Origin: an uncultured Chloroflexia bacterium
Lineage (GTDB): Bacteria > Chloroflexota > Limnocylindria > Limnocylindrales > CSP1-4
Reading direction: 5' to 3'
Assembly (NCBI GenBank): GCA_963716025.1
Contig: CAVQSY010000041.1
Coordinates: 6,985-70,984, forward strand
Length of the DNA stretch: 64,000 nucleotides
The translations under genes and the position numbers were made by a program. Of this stretch, positions 29,251 to 37,966 are shown piece by piece (the first letter of the stretch is position 1; every line of letters begins with the position of its first letter). The notes under the pieces are model-generated. The model worked only from the letters and a program-made list of their open reading frames with translations, ran no database searches and had not been told where the DNA came from.

Positions 29251-31200
29251 GTGGCGACAGACCCCCGGCACGAGAAGGGGACGAGCAGAACCGTGACTGA
29301 GATCGGGAGCGTGCTGGGCGGCCGCTATCGCCTGGTCGAGCTGCTCGGCCAGGGAGGCATGGCGACCATCTTCCGGGCGCGGGACGCCCAGCTGGATCGT
29401 GACGTCGCCGTCAAGCTGCTGCGCGCCGAGCTCGGGCGGGACCCGGACTTCCTGGCCCGCTTCCGCGACGAGGCCCGGGCTGCCGCCTCGCTCAACCACC
29501 CGAACATCGTGTCCGTCTTCGATTTCGGCGAGGAGGCATCCGGCCCGTACATCGTGATGGAGCTCATCGACGGCCAGGACCTGGCATCGATGCTGCGCGA
29601 GAACGGCCCGCTCGCACCCCGCCAGGCCACCAGGGTCGCCGCCGAGGTCGCCAAGGCGCTCCACGCGGCCCACGTGCGCGGGATCGTCCATCGCGACGTC
29701 AAGCCGTCGAACATCCTCGTCGGCCGCGACGGGCGGGTGAAGGTCGCGGACTTCGGGATCGCCCGTGCCCTCGCCGAGTCACAGTCGACCTCGCCCGGCG
29801 TCACGATGGGCTCGGTCCACTACTTCAGCCCCGAGCAGGCCCGCGGCGAGGCTGCCACTCAGGCGTCCGACATCTACGCCCTCGGGATCGTCCTCTACGA
29901 GGCGCTCACCGGCCAGCGTCCGTTCTCCGGCGATGGGGCGGCATCCGTCGCCCTGGCCCGCCTGACCACCACGCCCCCGCGACCCTCGGCGCTGCGAGCG
30001 GGCACACCGGTCGAGCTTGACCGGATCGTGCAGCGGGCGATGGCCCTCGACCCGGCGGACCGGTTCGCATCCTCGGCGTCCATGGCGAGTGCCCTCGAGG
30101 GCTGGCTGTCGGACCCGGCGGCGGCGCAGCCCTCGACGACCGCTGCCGGCGGGGCCACCGCCGCAACCCGCACCGTGGCCTCCGCGCAGGCTCGCCAGAA
30201 CGCCGTGCCCTATGCGGCCGACGCCTACGCACGGTCCGCGCCGCCCACCCCGGTCACCACGCGGGGGACGCCGCCGCCGCCCCCCGGATCCAGCTTTGAC
30301 GGTGACGATGGTGGCGGCTCCGGCCCCTGGGCCTGGATCGCCGGCCTGATCGGGCTCGTCATCCTCGCCATCGTCGGCTTCCTCGTGTTCCAGATGCTCA
30401 CCGGCGGCGGAGATGCGTCGCCCTCCGCCAGCCCGTCCGCGTCCGCGTCGGAGTCGGCATCGGCCGGGACCGTGAGCGTGCCCAGCTTCGTCGACCTCAC
30501 CATCGCCGACGCTCAGTCGCAGGCGGATCTGCTCGGTATCCGGCTGGTCATCGCGGGGACCGAGGAGCGCACGGACATCGATCCCGACATCGTGCTCACG
30601 CAGGAGCCGCCCGAGGGGACCTCGATCGCCGAGGGCGCCGAGGTCAGGATCACCATCTCCCGGGGTCCCACCTCCGTGGCCGTGCCGGACATCCGGACGA
30701 GGCCGGAGAACGAGGCGCTCCAGCTCATCGTCACCGCGCAGCTCTCGGTCGGCCAGAAGACCACGGCCTTCGACCCGACCATCCCGAAGAACACCGTCAT
30801 CTCGCAGAGCCCGAGCCCGGGCATCCTCGTGGCGCTCGGCACGCCGGTCGACTACGTGGTGTCCGCCGGCCCCGAGCCGACGCCGTCACCGACTCCAAGT
30901 CCCACGCCGTCACCGACTCCAAGTCCCACGCCGGCTCCGACCCCGACCCCGACGCCCGCGCCGGTGAACGTCGGCGACTACCAGTGCGTGACGGTCGAGG
31001 TGGCCACGAACCTGATCGATGCCGACGGCTTCGCCCTGGGTACGGTGACCTCCTCGCCGGCGGGCACCAGCCCGGTCCCGCAGACGTGGATCGTGATCGA
31101 CCAGACGCCCAACCCGGGGGTGAAGCGCCCACTCGGGACCGCGATCAACCTCGTTGCCGCCGACCCCGCCGACCCGGCCACCGTGGCGGCCTGTCCCTGA
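29251..31200 (+). CDS. Ser/Thr protein kinase with extracellular PASTA domains (PknB-like)
   Basis: Hanks kinase core (GGMATIFRA..., HRDVKPSNIL, DFGIA), then a TM segment and PASTA-like repeats separated by a PT-rich linker. Confidence 0.85.
   Translation: MATDPRHEKGTSRTVTEIGSVLGGRYRLVELLGQGGMATIFRARDAQLDRDVAVKLLRAELGRDPDFLARFRDEARAAASLNHPNIVSVFDFGEEASGPYIVMELIDGQDLASMLRENGPLAPRQATRVAAEVAKALHAAHVRGIVHRDVKPSNILVGRDGRVKVADFGIARALAESQSTSPGVTMGSVHYFSPEQARGEAATQASDIYALGIVLYEALTGQRPFSGDGAASVALARLTTTPPRPSALRAGTPVELDRIVQRAMALDPADRFASSASMASALEGWLSDPAAAQPSTTAAGGATAATRTVASAQARQNAVPYAADAYARSAPPTPVTTRGTPPPPPGSSFDGDDGGGSGPWAWIAGLIGLVILAIVGFLVFQMLTGGGDASPSASPSASASESASAGTVSVPSFVDLTIADAQSQADLLGIRLVIAGTEERTDIDPDIVLTQEPPEGTSIAEGAEVRITISRGPTSVAVPDIRTRPENEALQLIVTAQLSVGQKTTAFDPTIPKNTVISQSPSPGILVALGTPVDYVVSAGPEPTPSPTPSPTPSPTPSPTPAPTPTPTPAPVNVGDYQCVTVEVATNLIDADGFALGTVTSSPAGTSPVPQTWIVIDQTPNPGVKRPLGTAINLVAADPADPATVAACP
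30881..30928 (+). repeat. perfect 24-bp tandem duplication inside the PASTA-kinase PT-linker
   Basis: CGCCGTCACCGACTCCAAGTCCCA occurs twice back to back, encoding PSPTPSPT PSPTPSPT. Confidence 0.7.
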
Positions 31201-31263
31201 GCTGACGCCTCCCTCAGACCCCGAGGACACCTCCGGCGCCTGCGGTCTCCTCCGGGCCTCGGT

Positions 31264-31740
31264 CTAGAGCTCCGACCAGGGTTCCGGGTCACCCCACAGC
31301 CACCACGTCCCGGGGACGCGGCCACCGGCGCCGGTGGCCGGCGAGATTGGCGCCGCCCGGGCTACGGCCGCATCCACGGTGCCGGTCCGGGCCACCGTCA
31401 CCGGGGTCGATCCGGCTGGCGCTGCGGCTGCCTCGACCGGAACGAACGTCCTGGGCTGGCGCCCGGACAACCCGCCGGCGGGCATCCGCCCGGGTCCCAC
31501 GGCGACTGGCTCCCGCAGGCCAGGCTCGGGCGGCGGCGGTGCCGCGACCCAGCACTCGCGCATCTCGAGGCCGCTCAGCGCCGGGCGCCGGGGATCCATG
31601 CCACACACGCCCAGCCCGCCGGCGACCCCCTTCCGGAAGTGGCGGCAGGTCAGGCACGACGTGGTGGAGCGGCGGCAGACCCAGCAGCGGGACGACTCCG
31701 GCTGCGGGGTGGCGCAGTGGGGGCACCGCCAGACCGCCAT
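31264..31740 (-). CDS. Cys-rich zinc-ribbon hypothetical protein
   Basis: MAVWRCPHCATPQPESSRCWVCRRSTTSCLTCRHF... has tandem CxxC pairs. Confidence 0.4.
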   Translation of the reverse strand: MAVWRCPHCATPQPESSRCWVCRRSTTSCLTCRHFRKGVAGGLGVCGMDPRRPALSGLEMRECWVAAPPPPEPGLREPVAVGPGRMPAGGLSGRQPRTFVPVEAAAAPAGSTPVTVARTGTVDAAVARAAPISPATGAGGRVPGTWWLWGDPEPWSEL

Positions 31741-31801
31741 GGGGTGGATCGTAGCTGCGCCCGGAGCTGCTGTCGAGCGGATTCTGCCCTTGGGCGAACG
31801 T

Positions 31802-33133
31802 CTATTCGATCACCGTGAGGACCTGGCGGTCGCTGATGTCGCCTTGTCCGGACACGGTGACGAGGACGGTCGCCAGGCCACCGCCGGGCTGGGCGCCCGC
31901 CGGGATCGTCGTGGTGAAGCTCGCGACCCCGTTGGCGTCGGTCTCGGCCTCGGCCGAGACGATCGCCTCCAGCCCGGGGACGCTGACCGTGAACAGGGCG
32001 ACCGCACCCTTCAGGCGCCGGCCGTCGGGATCGGTGACCGTCACCGTGAGCGTGATCTTCTTCGGCAGCTTCGAGGCCTTGAAGCGGTACGTCGAGGCGG
32101 ACAGCACGGCCGTCAGCTTGCCGGATCCCTTGCGCAGCGTCAGCTCCGCGCTGTTCTCGTTGCCCGCCGGGTCGGTCGCCCTGACGGTGATCAGGTTCAC
32201 GCCGTTGGCCACGGCGATCGGCGTTTCCCACAGGCCGTCGCTGCCGGCGATGGTCGTGGCGATCGCCCCGTTGGCCGCGTTCTGGAGGCGGATCTCGGCG
32301 CCCGCCTGGGACTTGCCCTTGACCGTGACGTTGGACCGGTTGACCAGGGCGTTGTCCTTGGGCGTGATGACGCTGACCTTGGGCTTGGACCGGTCCAGGA
32401 TCCAGGTGGCGACCTCGGATCGCTCGCCCTCACCGCCGGGGCCGAAGACCACGGCCTGCATGTCGTTCCGGCCCGCGGACAGCGTCACGCCGACGAACAC
32501 GTGGATCGACGTGGCACCCACCGGCTCCTCGCGGATGAGCTCCGGCTCCTGGTCGGCGAGCGAGTCGTAGAGCCGGATGGTGCCGCCCACGACACCCGTC
32601 GCGGCCGCCGGCACGATGACCGTGATGTCTACCGTCTCGCGGTTGGTGTACGGGTTGTCGGGGGCCTCGATGGACGGCGCCCCGGCCGGCTCCGGAGCGG
32701 CGGTCGGAGTCGGGCTCGTTGTCACGTTGACGGCGTCCGACACCAGCCCTCCGAGGCCCGTCAGCGCCGAAGTCACCAGCGGCCCGACCTGGCCGACGCT
32801 CACCCACAGGATCGCCCCGCCGAGCAGGACGATCGAGACCGCCAGCAGCGCCTTGGCTGCCAACGGCAGTCCGCGGCGGCGCTCGATGCGGCGGTAGCGG
32901 TCGAGCCGCGTCGGCGACGGGGTGATCGGGCGGACGCGCACGGGCGACGGGCGGCCAGTGGTGGGGGGACGCGGCCTGACCTGCGAGGGCCGATCCCCAT
33001 GGCGAGGGTCCATCGGGTCCGATTGTCGCATGAAGCGGCGGGATGCCCACCCGACCACGCGCCGCCGCCGTGGTGTGGTCCGCGACGCGGCCGGATCGTC
33101 ACGGGGCTCGGTGATACGCTCCCCGTGCGACAC
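31802..33133 (-). CDS. membrane-anchored protein with Ig-like beta-sandwich repeats (start uncertain)
   Basis: R/P-rich N-terminus, one TM helix (LAAKALLAVSIVLLGGAILWV), then about 300 aa of Thr/Val/Gly-rich beta-rich repeats. Internal ATGs near 33031 and 33013 are alternative starts. Confidence 0.5.
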   Translation of the reverse strand: MSHGERITEPRDDPAASRTTPRRRRVVGWASRRFMRQSDPMDPRHGDRPSQVRPRPPTTGRPSPVRVRPITPSPTRLDRYRRIERRRGLPLAAKALLAVSIVLLGGAILWVSVGQVGPLVTSALTGLGGLVSDAVNVTTSPTPTAAPEPAGAPSIEAPDNPYTNRETVDITVIVPAAATGVVGGTIRLYDSLADQEPELIREEPVGATSIHVFVGVTLSAGRNDMQAVVFGPGGEGERSEVATWILDRSKPKVSVITPKDNALVNRSNVTVKGKSQAGAEIRLQNAANGAIATTIAGSDGLWETPIAVANGVNLITVRATDPAGNENSAELTLRKGSGKLTAVLSASTYRFKASKLPKKITLTVTVTDPDGRRLKGAVALFTVSVPGLEAIVSAEAETDANGVASFTTTIPAGAQPGGGLATVLVTVSGQGDISDRQVLTVIE

Positions 33134-33255
33134 GCCCCTGCCGCCCCGGGGGGCGTTCGTGCACGCGAGGGAGCCGTGGAACCGCGCGATCGGAGACCTG
33201 TCCGACCGTCACCGGGTGATCGAGGCTCGTGGAGCCATGGGCCGATCTCCCGCGT

Positions 33256-33790
33256 GAGCCCGCGCCCGGCCAACGGATCCGAAGATGCCGCCGATGGGCG
33301 TCCCGCATCGCCCGAGGGCCGGCCAGCACTGCCTGCCGTCCCGCCGCCGCGGTACCCGGTGGCGCCGCCGCCGGGTCCCGCACGCCGTCCTGCACCGCCG
33401 GTCTTCGGCCGTCGGCCGTCGCTCCTCGAACGCTCGCTCGCGGGGGATGGCACGTCGGTTGCGACACCGGGGCGACCGGTGGCGCCCTACGCCGCCCGGA
33501 CTGGCGTCCCCGGTGGACCCCGCACGGCATCGCCGCCGGCCCGGGGGGGATTCGGCCTGCCGAGCCTGCGGCGCAACGTCTGCCCGCACTTCTACATGAC
33601 CGGGTCACGGGGCGCGATCCCCATCCAGGCGCCCCACCTGCTCAAGGGCCTGCTGCGCCAGCCGAGCAACATCTCGCGCTGCCAGCTCCGCGGTGGTGTC
33701 CATCTCGACGAGGGCTACGTCAACGACGTCTGCCTGACGCCTCGGTTCAACCAGTGCGTGTTCTACGAGGACGGCCTGAACCAGGAGTGA
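33256..33790 (+). CDS. Pro/Arg-rich hypothetical protein with conserved Cys-containing C-terminal domain (start uncertain)
   Basis: C-terminal ...NVCPHFYMTGSRGAIPIQAPHLLKGLLRQPSNISRCQLRGGVHLDEGYVNDVCLTPRFNQCVFYEDGLNQE looks non-random. The TGA stop overlaps the folC GTG (GTGA), implying translational coupling. The N-terminus is low-complexity, so the start cannot be placed. Confidence 0.35.
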
Positions 33791-35172
33791 GCGACCTGGG
33801 CCCGCCTCGCGCTCGCACGTACGCCGAGGCCCTGGATGCCCTCCAGGCCCGCGGCCGGTACGGGATCCGGCTGGGTCTCGGTCGGGTGCGGTCGCTGCTC
33901 CGGGCGCTCGGCGAGCCCCAGCTGGACGTCCGTGGCGCGCTCGTGGCCGGCACGAACGGCAAGGGCAGCGTCATCGCCCTTGCCGCGTCCGCGCTGCGGG
34001 CTGCCGGCTACCGGGTGGGCGAGACGCCAAAGCCCCACCTCGTGACCTATCGCGAGCGGATCGTCGTGGATGGCCTCCCGATTCCCGCCGCGGAGTTCGC
34101 CCGGCTGGTGGACCTCGCCGCCGTGGCTGCGGACGGCGTGACCCGTCGCCTGGGACCCCCGACGGAGTTCGAGCTGCTCACCGCGGTCATGTTCCGCCAC
34201 TTCGCGGAGGCCTCCCTCGATCTTGCCCTGGTCGAGGTTGGCCTGGGCGGCCGGCTCGATGCCACCAACGCCTGGGACGGGGGGGTCGCGGTGGTCACCA
34301 ACATCGGCCTCGACCACACCGACCGACTGGGGCCGACGATCGGGCACATCGCCCGCGAGAAGGCGGCCATCGTGAAGCGCGGCGACGTGGCCGTGACCGG
34401 GGCGGGCGGCGAGGCACTGGTGATCCTGCAGCGGCGGTGCACGCGGCTGGGAGTGCCGCTGGCGGTGCGATCCCCGGCGCCGCTCCTCGGCTGGTCGCGT
34501 GATGCGGTCACCGTCAAGCTGCCCCGGCTCGGCGAGGTGGAGGTGGGCCTCCGGGGGCGCCACCAGGCGGCCAACGTCGCCGTGGCGGATGGCCTGCTCG
34601 ACGCCCTTTCCCAGGCGGGGATCGCGACGGTCGGCCCGGCGGCCCGGCGGCAGGGCTACGCGGCCGCCCGCTGGCCGGGACGCCTTGAGCTGGTCAAGGC
34701 GCCGGCGCACGGCGGCCTGCCGGCGCGCGAGGTCCTCCTCGACGGCGCGCACAACGCCGATGGGGCCGCCGCCCTCGCACGGGCGCTGGGGGACCTGCGC
34801 CCCTTCCTCGTGGGGGGCACCTCGATGCCGCGGCCGCCCTTGACGCTGCTCTGGGCGTCGATGGCCGACAAGGACATCGCGGCCGTCGTGGGCGCGATGG
34901 CCGGCAGCGCGGAGCTGGCCGGCGCGACCATCGTGTGCACCGAGCTGGACCTTCCCCGGGCGCTTCCCGCCGCCGATCTCGCGACGGCGTGGCGCGCGGT
35001 GCTGCCATCGTCCGACGCGGACGTGCGGGTTGAGGCGGACCCCGACACGGCGCTCGAGACCGCCCTCGCCTCGGGGCATGGGCCGCTCGTCGTTGCGGGC
35101 TCGCTCTACCTGGTGGGGGCCGTGCGGTCGAGGCTCGTGGACGACCCCGACCTGGCGCCGGACCGGGCATGA
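33787..35172 (+). CDS. folC: bifunctional folylpolyglutamate synthase / dihydrofolate synthase
   Basis: Mur-ligase-family P-loop GTNGKGS plus conserved FolC regions. GTG start overlaps the upstream stop. Confidence 0.8.
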   Translation: MSDLGPPRARTYAEALDALQARGRYGIRLGLGRVRSLLRALGEPQLDVRGALVAGTNGKGSVIALAASALRAAGYRVGETPKPHLVTYRERIVVDGLPIPAAEFARLVDLAAVAADGVTRRLGPPTEFELLTAVMFRHFAEASLDLALVEVGLGGRLDATNAWDGGVAVVTNIGLDHTDRLGPTIGHIAREKAAIVKRGDVAVTGAGGEALVILQRRCTRLGVPLAVRSPAPLLGWSRDAVTVKLPRLGEVEVGLRGRHQAANVAVADGLLDALSQAGIATVGPAARRQGYAAARWPGRLELVKAPAHGGLPAREVLLDGAHNADGAAALARALGDLRPFLVGGTSMPRPPLTLLWASMADKDIAAVVGAMAGSAELAGATIVCTELDLPRALPAADLATAWRAVLPSSDADVRVEADPDTALETALASGHGPLVVAGSLYLVGAVRSRLVDDPDLAPDRA

Positions 35173-35179
35173 TCTGCGC

Positions 35180-36064
35180 ATGAGCGACTCCGGCCTCCCC
35201 GGCATCCCGCCCCCGGTGTCGATCGGCGGCACGACATTCCGATGGGGCGAGCGCACCTACATCATGGGGATCCTCAACGTGACCCCCGACAGCTTCTCGG
35301 GCGACGGCCTGCTTGCCGCGTCGGACCCGGTGGAGGCGGCGCTCGCCCAGGCCCGGCGCATGGTCGAGGATGGTGCGGACCTGCTGGACATCGGCGGTGC
35401 CTCCAGCCGCCCGGGGCACGTGCCGATCGATCCGTCGGTGGAGGCCGCCCGCGTGGTCCCGATCATCCGCGCCGTGGCCGACGCCCTCCCCGAGGTCGTC
35501 ATCTCGGTCGACACCACCAGCCCCGCGGTCGCGCAGGGGGCTCTCGATGCCGGTGCCCACCTGCTCAACGACGTCTGGGGGGTGGGCGACGATCCTGGGA
35601 TGATGCGGATCGCCGCCGAGCGGGACGTGCCGATCGTGCTCATGCACAACCGCGCGGAGCCCAGGTACCGCACCCTGGTTGCGGAGGTCATCACCGACCT
35701 GCAACGGGCGCTGGAGCGGGCCGTGTCCCTCGGGGTTGGGTGGGACCGGCTGATCGTGGACCCGGGGTTCGGCTTCGGCAAGACGCCCGACCACAACCTG
35801 TCCCTGCTCGCCGGCCTGTCCGCCCTCCGGGTGCTGGGTCGCCCGGTCCTGCTCGGGACGTCCCGGAAGTCCACCCTGGGCAAGGTCCTTGACCTGCCAG
35901 CCGATCAGCGTGTCGAGGCGACCGTCGCGACCACGGCCCTCGGCATCGCCGCGGGCGTCGACATGGTGCGTGTCCACGATGTGCGCGAGAACGCCCGGAC
36001 GGCGCGGGTCGCGGATGCGATCCTGCGGGGGTGGCGCCCGGACGGGTGGCCCGGAGGAGCCTGA
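35180..36064 (+). CDS. folP: dihydropteroate synthase
   Basis: MSDSGLP...YIMGILNVTPDSFSGDG...DIGGASSRPG... carries the DHPS signatures. ATG at 35180. Confidence 0.85.
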   Translation: MSDSGLPGIPPPVSIGGTTFRWGERTYIMGILNVTPDSFSGDGLLAASDPVEAALAQARRMVEDGADLLDIGGASSRPGHVPIDPSVEAARVVPIIRAVADALPEVVISVDTTSPAVAQGALDAGAHLLNDVWGVGDDPGMMRIAAERDVPIVLMHNRAEPRYRTLVAEVITDLQRALERAVSLGVGWDRLIVDPGFGFGKTPDHNLSLLAGLSALRVLGRPVLLGTSRKSTLGKVLDLPADQRVEATVATTALGIAAGVDMVRVHDVRENARTARVADAILRGWRPDGWPGGA

Positions 36065-36069
36065 CGACC

Positions 36070-36453
36070 GTGACCGACCGGATCATCCTGGACTCGATGA
36101 CCTTCCGGGGGACGCACGGCGTCTACGAGGAGGAGCAGCTCACGCCGCAGCCGTTCGAGGTGGACGTGGAGCTGTTGCTCAACCTGGAGCCGGCGGGGCT
36201 CTCGGACGACCTCGCGCAGACCATCGACTACGGCGCGGTGTTCGATACCTGCCGCCAGATCGTGGAGTCAACCCGCTTCCACCTGATCGAGGCCCTCGCC
36301 GAGGCGATCGCCCAGGAGCTGCTGTCCGGCTTCCCGGTCGACGAGGTCCTCATCCGGGTCCGCAAGCCGAAGGTGAAGCTGGGCGGAACGTTGCGTTCGG
36401 CGGGCGTGGAGATCCGGCGCCGGCGCGCGTCCGCACCGACGGGCCGAGCGTGA
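36070..36453 (+). CDS. folB: dihydroneopterin aldolase
   Basis: VTDRIILDSMTFRGTHGVYEEEQLTPQPFEVDVEL... is the FolB family pattern; GTG start 6 nt after the folP stop. Confidence 0.8.
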   Translation: MTDRIILDSMTFRGTHGVYEEEQLTPQPFEVDVELLLNLEPAGLSDDLAQTIDYGAVFDTCRQIVESTRFHLIEALAEAIAQELLSGFPVDEVLIRVRKPKVKLGGTLRSAGVEIRRRRASAPTGRA

Positions 36454-36541
36454 GGCCGCGCCGGTCGCGCGCGCGCCGCCCGGGCCCTCCGGACGGCGCG
36501 CGGTCTCGCGAGGCAGCGGACACCCGCTCCTCGCCACGTGC

Positions 36542-37966
36542 CTAGAGGTTGCCGGGCCGGGTCCCGAGCACCACCGTGAGCTGGACGGACGAGCCGTCGC
36601 GCAGGACGTCCAGGATGATGGAATCCTCCGGCGCGAACTGCGTCAGCACCGCGTCGAGCGGATGCTCCTGGTCGATCCCGATGCCGTTGATGGCCACGAT
36701 GATGTCGCCATCCCGGAGGCCCGCATCGGCCGCCGGGCTGCCGGTGACGACCGCGGAGTCGGTGCCGCCGGCGTTGGTCACCAGCGCCCCGCTGTCGACG
36801 CTCAGGTTCTGATCCTTCTTGACCTGCAGATCGATCGACGTGAAGCGGATCCCGATCCACGGCCGGCTCAGTGCCTCGCCGTTCACGGCCTGCTCCATGA
36901 TCGGCCTCGCGATGTCGATCGGGATCGCGAACCCGATCCCCGCCGACGACGACGCGACCGCCGTGTTGATCCCGACGACCGCGCCGGTGGCGTCCGCGAG
37001 CGGTCCACCGGAGTTGCCGGGGTTGATGGCGGCATCGGTCTGGATCAGGTTGTTGATGCGGGTCCCGTTGTCGACGACGATGTCGCGGCCCTTGCCCGAG
37101 ACGATGCCGCTCGTCACCGAGAACGAGTAGGTGCCAAGGGGGCTGCCGATGGCGACCACGAGCTGGCCGATCTTGAGCCCGTCGCTGACGCCCAGCGGGG
37201 CGACCGGCAGACCGGTCTCGTCGATCTTCACGACCGCGAGATCCGTCAGGGTGTCGATCCCGTAGACGCGGCCCTGGTACTGGCGGCCGTCTCTGAGCTC
37301 CACGGTCAGCGTCTCGGCGTCCGCGACGACATGCCGGTTGGTGAGGATCCAGCCGTTCGGGTCATAGATGAAGCCCGACCCGACGCCCTCGCTGGGGACG
37401 CTGCCGAACGGGTCGCTCGCGGTGCCCTCGACCGTGATCTTGACCACGGCGGGGCCGACCTTCTCGGCGGCATCGATCACGGCCGACGACTCGTCGATGG
37501 TCACCGGCAGCTGGCCGGACGTCGGCTGTGCCGACCCGCTGTTCGAGGTCGGCGCGGGCCGGTCGAAGGCGCCGGTCTGGTTGAGCGCAACGACGGTCCC
37601 GCCCGAGGCGAGCACCGCCGAGAGCAGCGAGGCGGCGACGACCGTGCCGACGCCCGCTCCACCGCGCCTGCCGCCCGGCACCTGCGCGCCGGCCCGCGTG
37701 CTGTACGCCGGGGGCTGGCTGTCGATATCGGCGGACTGACTCCGGGGCAGGGTGCTGTACGGCTGCCCGGCACCTGGCTGGCCGGCCGCGCCGGACCCTG
37801 GCCAGCGCTCCGGACCGGGCTGGTCGTCGGTAGACGCCCACGCCCATCGGGCGTCCGGGCGCGGATCGGGTGGTGGCGCGTAGCGCGGAACATCGACCGG
37901 CTGCGTGTCGTCGAGCGGGTTGGGGCCGGCGGGCTGGGGCTCGCCGGGGACGGGGTTGTCGTTCAT
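36542..37966 (-). CDS. HtrA/DegP-family serine protease with PDZ domain (PepD-like)
   Basis: Catalytic-triad regions ...ILTNRHVV..., ...DLAVVKI..., GNSGGPL; C-terminal PDZ; Pro-rich N-terminus with TM. The ATG overlaps the upstream kinase stop (ATGA). Confidence 0.8.
   Translation of the reverse strand: MNDNPVPGEPQPAGPNPLDDTQPVDVPRYAPPPDPRPDARWAWASTDDQPGPERWPGSGAAGQPGAGQPYSTLPRSQSADIDSQPPAYSTRAGAQVPGGRRGGAGVGTVVAASLLSAVLASGGTVVALNQTGAFDRPAPTSNSGSAQPTSGQLPVTIDESSAVIDAAEKVGPAVVKITVEGTASDPFGSVPSEGVGSGFIYDPNGWILTNRHVVADAETLTVELRDGRQYQGRVYGIDTLTDLAVVKIDETGLPVAPLGVSDGLKIGQLVVAIGSPLGTYSFSVTSGIVSGKGRDIVVDNGTRINNLIQTDAAINPGNSGGPLADATGAVVGINTAVASSSAGIGFAIPIDIARPIMEQAVNGEALSRPWIGIRFTSIDLQVKKDQNLSVDSGALVTNAGGTDSAVVTGSPAADAGLRDGDIIVAINGIGIDQEHPLDAVLTQFAPEDSIILDVLRDGSSVQLTVVLGTRPGNL

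Noticed and set aside
31334-33133. 5' 600 codons of the 818-aa + ORF 31334..33790
   Set aside because: It runs antisense through the Cys-rich and Ig-like genes and is low-complexity; only the 3' end upstream of folC was kept as a possible gene.
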